This document shows positions 7,999 through 17,317 of a stretch of DNA of 64,000 bases, in pieces. The stretch spans positions 64,001 through 128,000 of the forward strand of contig JBJKRI010000004.1 in assembly GCA_046704725.1 (NCBI GenBank), in the 5' to 3' direction. Every line of letters begins with the position of its first letter. The stretch's first letter is position 1. The notes under the pieces are model-generated. The model did no database searches. It worked only from the letters and a program-made list of their open reading frames with translations, and was not told the DNA's origin. A program made the position numbers and the translations under genes. The DNA is from Candidatus Woesearchaeota archaeon. GTDB taxonomy: Archaea > Nanobdellota > Nanobdellia > Woesearchaeales > SKIA01.

Positions 7999-9594
7999 AT
8001 GGAGCCGAGCGGAATCCAACCCATCTTCATCCTGCCAGAGAGCAGCCAACGCAGCACCGGGAAGAACGCGCAACGAAACAACATCCTGGCTGCGCGCATG
8101 GTCGCCGAGACCGTGCGGACGACCCTCGGACCCAAAGGCATGGACAAGATGCTCGTGGACAGCGCGGGAGAGGTCACCGTCACCAACGACGGCGTCACCA
8201 TACTCGAGGAGATGGACATCGCGCACCCGGCGGCGAAGATGATCGTCGAGGTAGCCCGCACGCAAGAGAACGAGGTCGGCGACGGAACGACCACCGCTGT
8301 AGTGCTCGCCGGAGAGCTGCTCACGAACGCAGAACGGCTGCTCGACGATAAGATCCATCCGACAGTCATCATCAAGGGCTATCGTCTCGCCGAAGCGGAA
8401 GCGCAGCGGGCCCTCGAGAAGCTTTCGCAAGGGGTGTCGCAGAAAGATACCTCGCTACTGCGCAAGATCGCGGCAACAGCCATGACAGGCAAGGGGGCCG
8501 AGTCGCAGAAAGAGCATCTCGCAGAGCTCGCGGTGCGCGCGGTGCGCGCGGTCGCAACAGAGGACGGGATCGACCTGGACAGCATCAAGATTATGCACAA
8601 GGTCGGCGGGTCCATACAAGACAGCGAGCTCATCGCCGGCATCGTGCTCGACAAGGAACGCGTGCACCCGTCCATGCCGGACTACATCGAGCGCGCACGC
8701 ATCCTCTTGCTAGACAGCGCGCTCGAGCTCAAGGAGACGGAGCTCGACGCGAAGATCAGCATCACAGACCCGACACAGATGCAATCCTATCTGGACATGG
8801 AGGAACGCATGCTGGAGAGCATGGTCTCGCGAGTGCTCGCGGCGGGCGCGAACGTGGTCGTCTGCCAAAAAGGCGTTGACGACCTTGCGGCCTACCAGCT
8901 CGCCAAGCAAGGCGTGTTCGTCGTGCGACGCGTCGCGAAGAGCGACATGGAGAAACTCTCTAAAGCGACGGGGGCGGACATCCTCAGCGACCTCAAGGAC
9001 GCACGCGCACAGCATCTCGGACGCGCCGGGAGCGTGCAGCAAGCGAAGGTCGGTGACGAACAGATGATCTTCATCGAGGACTGCCGCAAGGCCAAGGCAG
9101 TGTCCTTGCTCATCCGCGGCGGGACGAGCCACGTGGTGGACGAAGTCAGGCGCGCGGTGACAGACGCGGTCGGTGACCTGCGCGCAGCATTGCTCTCCGA
9201 ACGTGCGGTCCCGGGAGCGGGAGCCACGGAGATCGAGCTGGCCAAACGACTGTCGCGATACGCCCGCAGCCTGTCCGGACGGGAGCAGCTCGCCGTGGAA
9301 GCGTACGCGCAGGCCATGGAGGTCATCCCGCGCACGCTCGCCGAGAACGCGGGACTCGACCCCATAGATGTGGTGGCGGACCTGAAGAGCGGCCACAGCA
9401 ACGACAAGGAGGCAGGGATCGACGTCTTCTCCGGAAAGGTCATCAATGCGTGGCGCAAGGGAGTCATCGAGCCGTTGCGCATCAAGACCCAAGCCATCAG
9501 CAGCGCGACCGACGTGGCGTGCATGCTCCTGCGCATCGACGACGTGATAACGAACGGACAAACGGAGCAGCCCGTGCAGCCGCAGCTGGACTGA
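7999..9594 (+). CDS. Thermosome subunit (group II chaperonin)
   Basis: [17 protein letters not shown]; start trimmed to ATG 7999. Confidence 0.97.
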   Translation: MEPSGIQPIFILPESSQRSTGKNAQRNNILAARMVAETVRTTLGPKGMDKMLVDSAGEVTVTNDGVTILEEMDIAHPAAKMIVEVARTQENEVGDGTTTAVVLAGELLTNAERLLDDKIHPTVIIKGYRLAEAEAQRALEKLSQGVSQKDTSLLRKIAATAMTGKGAESQKEHLAELAVRAVRAVATEDGIDLDSIKIMHKVGGSIQDSELIAGIVLDKERVHPSMPDYIERARILLLDSALELKETELDAKISITDPTQMQSYLDMEERMLESMVSRVLAAGANVVVCQKGVDDLAAYQLAKQGVFVVRRVAKSDMEKLSKATGADILSDLKDARAQHLGRAGSVQQAKVGDEQMIFIEDCRKAKAVSLLIRGGTSHVVDEVRRAVTDAVGDLRAALLSERAVPGAGATEIELAKRLSRYARSLSGREQLAVEAYAQAMEVIPRTLAENAGLDPIDVVADLKSGHSNDKEAGIDVFSGKVINAWRKGVIEPLRIKTQAISSATDVACMLLRIDDVITNGQTEQPVQPQLD

Positions 9595-9639
9595 GCGAAA
9601 GCTTATATATCGGTCTTTCCGGGCAAGGACGAGGTGAGC

Positions 9640-10059
9640 ATGGACGAAGATAGTTCTTCACGGTCGTTGGTAGAAGCCATGGACAGGCTGGCTAGCCAGC
9701 TCGCACACCTCACCCAACTGTTCGAGCAAGCGAACAAGGAACTCTACGATGAATACAGCGCAGGTTTCCATGAGGAATCCGCTCGGCTCGACAAGCTCAT
9801 CGCGCAGAACGAGAAGATCGCGCGCGGGGTCTTGGCGGTGGCCGACATGGTGCAGGAACGTCGACCGACGTCGATGCGCGACGAATCCCCTATCCGGACC
9901 GTGGCGGTGGAGGAACAGCCCGAACAGTTCCAGGACGAGAGCGCAGCACCACAACCGCTGGTGCCGGAGACACCCGCCGCCCCCCAAGAGCAACCGCCTG
10001 ATGCGGGCATGGAGCATGAACAGATGAGCAGGAAGCAGCTGCTGGACGCGTTCCGATGA
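9640..10059 (+). CDS. Hypothetical coiled-coil protein with Pro/acidic tail
   Basis: TTATATA box, GAGGTGA SD, typical codon usage. Confidence 0.6.
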   Translation: MDEDSSSRSLVEAMDRLASQLAHLTQLFEQANKELYDEYSAGFHEESARLDKLIAQNEKIARGVLAVADMVQERRPTSMRDESPIRTVAVEEQPEQFQDESAAPQPLVPETPAAPQEQPPDAGMEHEQMSRKQLLDAFR

Positions 10060-10316
10060 GACAGCAGCACCACAAGCACCTGCTCTTGCACCTGGTCGAC
10101 GCGTGGAATCGCAATCCGCTCGTCCTGCATACGCGTTTCTCCGGACAGCAAGTGACCGACGGGCTGCACGAGAAACTCGAGAAGGAGACCTTGCGTCAAC
10201 AGCTCAAGCGAGAACTTGCGAGCGTGAAAGCGATATTGAGCCAGCATCACGGCAACCCGCGGGCAGGAGAGCTTTTTGCACGCGCCTCTGAGATCGAAGA
10301 GCGATTGAAAGAGTAG
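10056..10316 (+). CDS. Hypothetical helical protein
   Basis: ATGA overlap with the previous ORF. Confidence 0.5.
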   Translation: MRQQHHKHLLLHLVDAWNRNPLVLHTRFSGQQVTDGLHEKLEKETLRQQLKRELASVKAILSQHHGNPRAGELFARASEIEERLKE

Positions 10317-10341
10317 AAAAGAAAAAAGAGAGTAGACGGTC

Positions 10342-10512
10342 TTACAGGTCCTTGGCCATGACCGTCTTGCGGTTGTTGCCTTCTGCGCGCTTGACAGCAT
10401 CCTTGATCATGCTACGCACACGGCGGTCCAGAGCGTCGGCGAAATCGCCGGCCACGTTATAGCCCGCTGCAACATCCTTAATCTTTGCCTTGACGACAAT
10501 CATATCTGACAT
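10342..10512 (-). CDS. Short histone-fold protein (truncated alpha3, face-to-face/Bd0055-like class)
   Basis: 56 aa MSDMIVVKAKIK...KRAEGNNRKTVMAKDL; GGGGTGA SD; U-rich terminator. Confidence 0.85.
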   Translation of the reverse strand: MSDMIVVKAKIKDVAAGYNVAGDFADALDRRVRSMIKDAVKRAEGNNRKTVMAKDL

Positions 10513-10678
10513 AGTGTTCACCCCGTTGATTCGGTGTTTTTGGCGCCCCTGAAGGCGCTTCTGCTGTATCTCCGCGGATGTAGATATAAAAAGGTTATGG
10601 TTCCGGAGGGCTGAAAGGCCCGAATTCGAGGGGCAGCCGTGCGAAAAGGACTTAAGCACACTGTTCCGGAGTTCGCAC

Positions 10679-11254
10679 GTGACTTGGATCGCGAAAGAGC
10701 AGCAAGAGCGAGGTTGGCGCGCAGCAAAACGCTCAGGCCTGAACGAGGACGCTTGTGCATATGTCGCGAATGTCGTGAGTGATCCGGGTACAGGATTCCA
10801 CAGCTCCAGACTGGAACCCGCACTGTACGTTTCTGACATGATCAAAGACGCGAGTGCATTCCACTTCGGTATCAGGAAGCAAATCGCGGACAAGATGCTC
10901 ATGCAGAACAGCATTTTCTTCGAGGTGCTCGCCGCACGCGAGAATCGCGGAGCCCCACCCAGAGACTGGTACGCATCGTTCGGCCGCCAGCTCTATGTCG
11001 GTCTGTTCGACATGACAAGAGAGCTTCCCCTCATGGCGAAGATCTTTTTGAACGTGGCTGTACATTACCACGTGCTGTCCCTTCAGTTGCACCAGGAGTT
11101 CTGGAAAGAACAGACAGCACCGGACATTTTGATGCGAGATGGAAGCGTGCCACGCGTCGCACAAGAATGGCGACCCCAAGCGTTCCCGCCAGACGAGAAC
11201 TGCATCAATAGCGTGCTCTCAGAGGTCGAGCGTACGCGAAACAGGCTTCACTGA
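10679..11254 (+). CDS. Hypothetical protein
   Basis: 191 aa ORF filling the gap; no recognisable motif. Confidence 0.5.
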   Translation: MTWIAKEQQERGWRAAKRSGLNEDACAYVANVVSDPGTGFHSSRLEPALYVSDMIKDASAFHFGIRKQIADKMLMQNSIFFEVLAARENRGAPPRDWYASFGRQLYVGLFDMTRELPLMAKIFLNVAVHYHVLSLQLHQEFWKEQTAPDILMRDGSVPRVAQEWRPQAFPPDENCINSVLSEVERTRNRLH

Positions 11255-12906
11255 TGCGCGAACCAGAAGCGATTCTCCCTCATATCATCGCAGCGGACGA
11301 AACCGAAACGCTCGAACTGGTATAGACTGTCCGAAATGAAGTCGCGAGGCTCGATCGCGCCGTCCATCCAGGAACCGTCTGGCATATGGACCCGCGCGTC
11401 GTCCGCGTCGTCCGCGGGAAGCCATTGGACAATGCGACGTCTTTTCGCCTTGCGGAACTCCTCGATACTCTTGGAGACAAAGACCCAGGCGCCGTTCTCC
11501 CTACGAAAGTTATAGGCGTCCATGAGACGGAAGAGCACACCGTCCGCGTCCTCCAGGTCGTTTGCTGGAACGACCACCTTCGGTCCGGCGGCGAGCGAGC
11601 GGCCGCCCTTGCGCTCGGTGGGATGCAGGTCGAGCCTCACGGGGAATTCGGGAGCGCCCTCGATGACGATGTCCACCGGGTCGGGGATGAAGAACGCCCT
11701 GTCGGCGATGGGGTCGATGATCTCCCTGTTGAATGCCTCGATATTGCGGAAGTACTCGGCTTTGGAGACCTTCTTGTCCGTGGCGGAAAAGCCCATCTCC
11801 TCCGCCAGGCGCAAGAACGCCTCGGGCTGGAAACCCCTCCTGCGCAATGCGGGCAGGAACGGCAGGCGGATATCGTCCCAACCGCTGAACTTCCCCTCCT
11901 CGATGCTCTTTCTCGTCTCGGTGGTGGAAAGACGCAAGTCGGTGAAGTTGATGCGACCAACGTTGTAGACTTTTGGTATGGGCTTGTCGAAATAGCGGTA
12001 CATGAACTCCTGGCGCTTGGCGTTATCGGCGTGGTCCTTGGCGCGCAAGACATGCGTCATGCCCATCTCCATATCATCGACGGAGACGCTGAAATTCATG
12101 AGGGGCCAGACGCGATACTTCGTCCCTTGACGTGGATGGACAGACGTATTGATACGCAGCGCCGGCCAGTCGCGCATGGCAGGATTCTTGTGCGTGACGT
12201 CGGTCTTGATACGGACGACAGCGTCGCCGGGCTCGAAGTCCGTGAGCATCAACTGCCAGCGCTCGAGGTGCTGTGCTGGCGGGAGGTCCCTGCACGGGCA
12301 CGCCTCCTTGTTGTTGACCAGCTTCCGGAAAGAGTCGGAATCGCACGTGCACACATACGCCCAGCCTTCGGTGAGCATCCGTTCCGCATAACTGTAGTAG
12401 AGCTCCATACGGTCGGACTGCACATGGACTTCGTCGATGTTATCGTGGGTGTACCACTTCGCGTCGGCAGGGAGGAGCTCGTACGCCCCCTCATAGATAT
12501 TCTCCGGATTCGTATCGGCGATTCGCAGGATGAGCCTGCCGTCGTTGCGGACAGCGAGGAGATGATTGAGGCCGAGCGGATAGGTATGCCCGATGTGCAT
12601 CGGACCAGAGGGGCTGGGCTCGAAACGCACGACAGGCTTGGTCCCGAGGTCGAACGGGTCCATCTTCTCTCTCACAGGGGCGCCGGAGCCGCCGAGCTCC
12701 TCAAGGGCTGATGCTTGCTCTTCCGCGCTCAGCGCGTTCACCTCCGTAGCGATGCGCGCGAGGATCGGCTGGACCTCCTTGGCCTTGCCACGAAACTCGG
12801 GGAACTCGCGCATGACCGCGCCCATCACGGCGCCAGGATGGGCGTGGCCGTCGTGCTTTTGGGCGTTGTCGAGCAACGCCTTTCGCACGAAATCCTCGAT
12901 ATCCAT
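11248..12906 (-). CDS. gltX: Glutamyl-tRNA synthetase (archaeal)
   Basis: RFEPSPSGPMHIGH, YRVWPL, QFERFGF. Confidence 0.96.
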   Translation of the reverse strand: MDIEDFVRKALLDNAQKHDGHAHPGAVMGAVMREFPEFRGKAKEVQPILARIATEVNALSAEEQASALEELGGSGAPVREKMDPFDLGTKPVVRFEPSPSGPMHIGHTYPLGLNHLLAVRNDGRLILRIADTNPENIYEGAYELLPADAKWYTHDNIDEVHVQSDRMELYYSYAERMLTEGWAYVCTCDSDSFRKLVNNKEACPCRDLPPAQHLERWQLMLTDFEPGDAVVRIKTDVTHKNPAMRDWPALRINTSVHPRQGTKYRVWPLMNFSVSVDDMEMGMTHVLRAKDHADNAKRQEFMYRYFDKPIPKVYNVGRINFTDLRLSTTETRKSIEEGKFSGWDDIRLPFLPALRRRGFQPEAFLRLAEEMGFSATDKKVSKAEYFRNIEAFNREIIDPIADRAFFIPDPVDIVIEGAPEFPVRLDLHPTERKGGRSLAAGPKVVVPANDLEDADGVLFRLMDAYNFRRENGAWVFVSKSIEEFRKAKRRRIVQWLPADDADDARVHMPDGSWMDGAIEPRDFISDSLYQFERFGFVRCDDMRENRFWFAHQ

Positions 12907-12951
12907 GAACCCTGGTCACGCACGGTCCGCTTAAATGCTTTACCGCCAGAA

Positions 12952-13048
12952 TGGACTCGGCGGGAGTCGCACCCGCGGCCTCACCGTATTACGAGTCCAC
13001 TGTGGTGAACCTTGCGAACGGTGCGCTCTGCTACTGAGCTACGAGCCC
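12952..13048 (-). tRNA. tRNA-Ala(CGC) with 25-nt intron (12988-13012)
   Basis: Cloverleaf with G3:U70; intron at 37/38 forms a relaxed BHB. Confidence 0.9.
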
Positions 13049-13812
13049 ATCACGTCTGCGAACATGCTTCCGTTTAAAAAGGCTCTGCCTTTCCACGGAG
13101 AGGTGAGCATGAGAAATTTTGACGCCTGTCTGCTGCTAACCCGTACGCGATAAAGCGGTTTGTTCTTGCCAACGGTCAGTTGAATAGAGGAATCTATGTC
13201 AAACTCTCGTAGGAGGTTCGCTAATTGATGCGCAAGACGTCTTGATGTCGTAGTGTAGATAATGCGGAGATAGATGTCCTTGTCCTTAAGAACTGCGCCA
13301 TCCGTGTCCAGAAAACCTTTTAGAAAGCCAATCTTGAATTCAGTTGAAATGCCGTCTTTCAAGCTCACACTGCAATGCTTCGCATGAGGGTCATAATCCA
13401 AGTAGTTGCTGAAGTAATTAAACACGTCCTTTGAGCGCGTTCGGAGCCGCAAAGCCACATCGCTTTGCATCAGGTTCCATCTCTTGCCGAAAAAAGTCTC
13501 AAATATGTTCTTGACGTAAGCAGCATAGTCGTGGGCGTCGCGCCCGAAATGAATGTTCGTATCGTACCCATACGACGTCTTGGCAAGATTCTGGCTTCCG
13601 TCACCTGCGAATATCCCGCAGATTTCTCCCTCAATCCGCGTCCCTTGAGGTGTGATGGATGGTGGAGCATAAGTGACTCCGCGCAGTTTCTTGAAATGAT
13701 AGTAGACTGATGATTTCGGCAGGTGAAGATCCCGAGAGATACGGTTGAGCGAATCTCCCCGCAGAGTCATCAGCTTAATCGCAGTAATCTCTTCTGTGCT
13801 CAAACGAGGCAT
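13039..13812 (-). CDS. HTH plus double-motif LAGLIDADG endonuclease-family protein
   Basis: EICGIFAGDG and FLKGFLDTDG motifs; N-terminal HTH SLNRISRDLHLPKSSVYY; lower GC. Confidence 0.88.
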   Translation of the reverse strand: MPRLSTEEITAIKLMTLRGDSLNRISRDLHLPKSSVYYHFKKLRGVTYAPPSITPQGTRIEGEICGIFAGDGSQNLAKTSYGYDTNIHFGRDAHDYAAYVKNIFETFFGKRWNLMQSDVALRLRTRSKDVFNYFSNYLDYDPHAKHCSVSLKDGISTEFKIGFLKGFLDTDGAVLKDKDIYLRIIYTTTSRRLAHQLANLLREFDIDSSIQLTVGKNKPLYRVRVSSRQASKFLMLTSPWKGRAFLNGSMFADVMGS

Positions 13813-13827
13813 GCATAGACTATGCAT
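13811..13827. promoter_or_regulatory. Palindrome ATGCATAG-A-CTATGCAT, putative operator
   Basis: Perfect 8-1-8 inverted repeat over the start/promoter of the LAGLIDADG gene. Confidence 0.45.
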
Positions 13828-13863
13828 AAACTATTGATGTGCGTTTCGCGCCTGGATGTCCGG

Positions 13864-14169
13864 TCAGCGCAGGTCGTCAGGGCTGATATCGCCCTTCGCG
13901 AGCGCGATGAGCTTGTCCATATGCTCCTTGGACGGGGTGCCCGAAGCGCCGATCGGCTGGGGATAGCCAGGGCCGACGAGCACGAACGTCGGTACGCCGC
14001 GGACGCCGAACTCCATCGCTTTTTGCTGGCCCTCCGGCGTTGCCGCGGACATGTGCTTGAACTTCACGTCCTCCTTGTCGGGGAAGTAGCGCTGGGCGAA
14101 GGATTTCGCCGCGGGGCAGTACGGGCACGTCGGACTCGTGAACAGGAATGCTTGGACTGTGGATGTCAT
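13864..14169 (-). CDS. Thioredoxin/glutaredoxin-like protein
   Basis: CPYC active site, GVRGVPTF. Confidence 0.9.
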   Translation of the reverse strand: MTSTVQAFLFTSPTCPYCPAAKSFAQRYFPDKEDVKFKHMSAATPEGQQKAMEFGVRGVPTFVLVGPGYPQPIGASGTPSKEHMDKLIALAKGDISPDDLR

Positions 14170-14235
14170 AGAGGGAAAGAGCACGATTCAGTTTAAGAAT
14201 GCTGTCTTGAAACGCTCGATACGGGCCTTGAGGAC

Positions 14236-14358
14236 TGCGGATGCCCGGACTTGAACCGGGGACCCCGACGTGTCTTATCGGTGCGGCGGTCATCGGCGCC
14301 GTCCTCATCGCTCAAACCTTTATGAGCGTCGTGCTCTAACCAACTGAGCTACATCCGC
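14236..14358 (-). tRNA. Elongator tRNA-Met(CAT) with 49-nt intron (14272-14320)
   Basis: Cloverleaf with CGACG/CGTCG anticodon stem, CT CAT A|intron|A. Confidence 0.88.
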
Positions 14359-14393
14359 GTGCAGCGGCGAGACCCGTCGACGCTTAAAAAGGT

Positions 14394-14846
14394 TTACTCC
14401 TGCCAGGCGGACAAGGAGCGCTCGACGAACGGCCTTATCGACCGCAGGAGCTCTTGCCACTCCTTGAGCGCTTCGGTGATGAAGGACGAATCGGCAGTAT
14501 CATCGTGATCGAGCTCGAGCAGCGTGGAGCGGCGCGACAAGCGCATGATGCGCGAGATGAGTTTCATGGCCTCATCTTTTTCCTCGTCGGAGAACTTGCC
14601 GCTCTCCTCGTACAGGACGAGGTTCTGGTCCCCTGGCAGGATGACGCTGTGCAGGTAGCCGGTCCAGTTGTCGCCGAACTGGACGATGCGACGGCGCACG
14701 AAACGCAGGGGGTTTGTGGAGATAAAGCCCTCATGCAGGACGGCGTCGCGCACTTCGAAGACCGCATCAAGATCATCCAAGGAAGGAAGGGAGAGGGCTT
14801 CCGCCATGTTCTCGTATGCGTCCTCGAAGTCGTCGAGCAGTTCCAC
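14394..14846 (-). CDS. Hypothetical protein
   Basis: GTG start immediately after tRNA-Ala(GGC); typical codon usage. Confidence 0.65.
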   Translation of the reverse strand: MELLDDFEDAYENMAEALSLPSLDDLDAVFEVRDAVLHEGFISTNPLRFVRRRIVQFGDNWTGYLHSVILPGDQNLVLYEESGKFSDEEKDEAMKLISRIMRLSRRSTLLELDHDDTADSSFITEALKEWQELLRSIRPFVERSLSAWQE

Positions 14847-14918
14847 TGGACTCGCCGGGAGTCGAACCCGGAGTCTCTCCTCAGCCAAAGGAGTGTACTA
14901 CCATTGTACCACGAGCCC
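14847..14918 (-). tRNA. tRNA-Ala(GGC)
   Basis: Cloverleaf, G3:U70, anticodon loop TT GGC TG. Confidence 0.88.
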
Positions 14919-14959
14919 GCGTGAGATGCGGAGAAACAGCCGTCTTTTAAAAGCTTGGC

Positions 14960-15187
14960 TTACAGGCCGCTCGTATCGAAGGCGAGGCGGATGTCGCGGG
15001 CCTTGACGGTCTTGCGGCCGCTGTGCTTGGCGATCTTGACCGCGGACTCGGAGATCTGGAGAGCGATGTCGGAGAGCTCTTGCGCCATGCGCTCCGCGCC
15101 AGAGGCGGAGATGCGCTTTGCTCCGATACCGGAGAGGATGCGTTCGACGGGCGCTACAGGAATGGGTGTCAGTGACTTTCGTGGCAT
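14960..15187 (-). CDS. Archaeal histone (HMf-like)
   Basis: IPVAPVERI...RIS...AKHSGRKTVKARDI.LA. Confidence 0.93.
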   Translation of the reverse strand: MPRKSLTPIPVAPVERILSGIGAKRISASGAERMAQELSDIALQISESAVKIAKHSGRKTVKARDIRLAFDTSGL

Positions 15188-15239
15188 GTCGCAGCGATGG
15201 GAACACGGTTTATATGGCTTGTGATAGATTGTTAGAGAA

Positions 15240-15322
15240 CGCCGCGGCCCGGATTTGAACCGGGATACTCTTTCGAGTCAGGATTTCCAGTCCTGTGCAA
15301 TACCAGGTTATGCGACCGCGGC
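15240..15322 (-). tRNA. tRNA-Ser(GGA)
   Basis: Cloverleaf with long variable arm ACTCGAAAGAGT and G73. Confidence 0.92.
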
Positions 15323-15347
15323 AGCGGTTGCAGGGACGCTGGCTGCT

Positions 15348-16055
15348 TTATAAGTCTTGCAGGCGCTTGCGCAGGTCCTTCACAGTCCCCATATAGAGCG
15401 TCTCGCCGTCGGAGAGCACATGCACAGAGAACTTGGAGATATCGTCCAGGAACGGGCTGTTGAGCGGCATGGTCAGGACGTCCGTGCCTTCCGTGAGGCT
15501 GAACATGCTCGGAAGCACAATCAATTCCTTGCCCTTCCACGTGCCGACGAGATAGCACTTGACGCGCTCGGCGCGCGGGCCGTCACGGACGGTGACAGCA
15601 GGATGCTCGTGGCCGATGACGACAGTCTCCACATCAGGAACACTCTTTGGCAGCGCATCGCCGTGGAAGAATGCGATACCATCAGAGACGAATAAAGGAA
15701 CAACCTGCAATCCGTTCTTCTCGGCCAGAGGACCAAGAAGCGGATCGTGGTTGCCCGCCACGAGGACGACCTTCGCGTGCTGCAACAAGATATCCAGCAA
15801 TTGTCCTGCATGACGCCATTCCGCGTCGCTGATGCGACCGAAGGCATGCTTGAAATCGCCGTCGATGACGATTGTCCGCGGCTCGGTGCAGGTCACTGTC
15901 CGAATGAGTCGTTGCCGCAAGGAAGCGAACTCGTTGCCCGGGACAAACACGCCCTTCGAACGCAGATCCGCTTCATAACCCAAGTGTAGGTCGGCGAAGG
16001 CGAGGATGCGCTCCTCAGGGAACCAGACCGAGCCGTCGATGAACACGTGTTGCAT
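15348..16055 (-). CDS. Metallophosphoesterase (Lhr-associated/PdeM-like)
   Basis: DLHLG, DGD, GNHD, HGD, GHEHP motifs. Confidence 0.88.
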   Translation of the reverse strand: MQHVFIDGSVWFPEERILAFADLHLGYEADLRSKGVFVPGNEFASLRQRLIRTVTCTEPRTIVIDGDFKHAFGRISDAEWRHAGQLLDILLQHAKVVLVAGNHDPLLGPLAEKNGLQVVPLFVSDGIAFFHGDALPKSVPDVETVVIGHEHPAVTVRDGPRAERVKCYLVGTWKGKELIVLPSMFSLTEGTDVLTMPLNSPFLDDISKFSVHVLSDGETLYMGTVKDLRKRLQDL

Positions 16056-16091
16056 AGAGCGAGAGAATCGAAAGGGAAGAAAAGGATTTGC

Positions 16092-16598
16092 CTAGAACGG
16101 GATCTCGGCCTTCTCGAGCTCCTCGATGCGCTGCGCGAGGAACTCGACGGTGCGGGCGTTGTCCTGCTGGTGCATGATCTCGTTGCACTCCGGGCAATGG
16201 AACTCGTACTCGACCGCTCGCTCGAAGTCCATGCGGGTGCACGCGTTCTGGCACATGAAGAACTGCGAGGACTGCTCGCGGCTGAGACGGTCGCGCATCT
16301 TCGCGATCTTCGTCTGTCGGATCTTCTCGACCAGATGCGGGATGTACTCCTTGTTCAGGTTCCAATAGCAGATGTACCAACCCTTCTTCTTGTCCTTCTT
16401 GCGATTGAAGGTGAGCAGGTTGTGCTCGAAGCAGCGGTACAGGATGTTGCGCATCTGATGGATCTCCACGTCGAGATCCTCGGCGACGATGAATTCCGAG
16501 ACGTTCTTCTTGCCCTGCAGGTACAAGACCGCCTCGACGGCGTCCTCGCCGACGAGCTCCTGCACGATCTCCTTGATGAGTTGTTCAGTGATCTTCAT
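16092..16598 (-). CDS. tfe: Transcription factor E alpha
   Basis: Winged helix with RNILY and GWYICYW; Zn ribbon CQNAC/CPEC. Confidence 0.92.
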   Translation of the reverse strand: MKITEQLIKEIVQELVGEDAVEAVLYLQGKKNVSEFIVAEDLDVEIHQMRNILYRCFEHNLLTFNRKKDKKKGWYICYWNLNKEYIPHLVEKIRQTKIAKMRDRLSREQSSQFFMCQNACTRMDFERAVEYEFHCPECNEIMHQQDNARTVEFLAQRIEELEKAEIPF

Positions 16599-16607
16599 AG
16601 TATCCCC

Positions 16608-16829
16608 CTAAGCCTGCACCAGACTGTCCTCGGCAGCCCAATGCTCCAGGCATGCGAGGCTGCAGAACGTGAACGTGTCCGGCGTGTCCTTGATCTTCCA
16701 GTGAGCGGCAAGCGTGAAATGATCGGTCTTCTCGTCGATCGGCTTTCCGCACCGCTCGCACGAGAGCACCGCTCCTTGCGCTTTCCATTCCTTTGGTATC
16801 TTCTGGAAGTACTTCGTCATGGTGTTCAT
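16608..16829 (-). CDS. Small Zn-finger protein (TRASH-like)
   Basis: CERC...FCSLAC. Confidence 0.6.
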   Translation of the reverse strand: MNTMTKYFQKIPKEWKAQGAVLSCERCGKPIDEKTDHFTLAAHWKIKDTPDTFTFCSLACLEHWAAEDSLVQA

Positions 16830-16947
16830 GATCGAGGCACGCCCGTTGACTATCGTCGACAGGCACCCCCAACAGCCCTATATCCCTTACTGGGGATTAC
16901 ACTATTTAAACTTTATGGAAATCGTCATACCTACTGGAGTAGCGAAA

Positions 16948-17274
16948 TCACTCCCTGGTGTCGACCTCATCCGCCTCGGCGATGAGCTGCGCAGCCGAAT
17001 CCTTGCCCTCCTGCAGGTCCTCGCTCCCACAATACGAGCACACACGCTTAGCATCGGAGTTCTCCCGGAAACGGGTCTCGAAACCGCACTTCGCGCAGAC
17101 GAGCTTCACGCGCTTGACGGGCGAGGCATCGAAGCCCTTGGCGCGATCGCCCTGGCCGCGCGCCTTACCGCTGTGAGCGAGAAAACACGTCTCGCAATAG
17201 AACTCCGAAGGCGAGACATAACGCACCTCTCCCGAGGAGACCTCTTTTCCGCAGCGCTGGCATCGCACGGCCAT
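16948..17274 (-). CDS. Double Zn-ribbon protein
   Basis: Four CxxC pairs. Confidence 0.65.
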   Translation of the reverse strand: MAVRCQRCGKEVSSGEVRYVSPSEFYCETCFLAHSGKARGQGDRAKGFDASPVKRVKLVCAKCGFETRFRENSDAKRVCSYCGSEDLQEGKDSAAQLIAEADEVDTRE

Positions 17275-17317
17275 ACACTCTCACCGCAGTAAACGGTATA
17301 AAAAACTTATGGAGCGA

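Noticed and set aside
10342-10914. 190 aa ORF as a histone with a long N-terminal tail
   Set aside because: TATA box and SD point to the ATG at 10512; the extension overlaps the promoter and the opposite gene
13039-13812. LAGLIDADG as an intein or intron-encoded ORF
   Set aside because: No C/S start with HN end, no interrupted host gene, and the adjacent tRNA intron is only 25 nt
14236-14358. CAT tRNA as Ile2 or initiator
   Set aside because: Acceptor is GCGGATG rather than the Ile-type GGGCCCG, it lacks the initiator A1:U72 and GGG/CCC stem, and a separate Ile(TAT) exists
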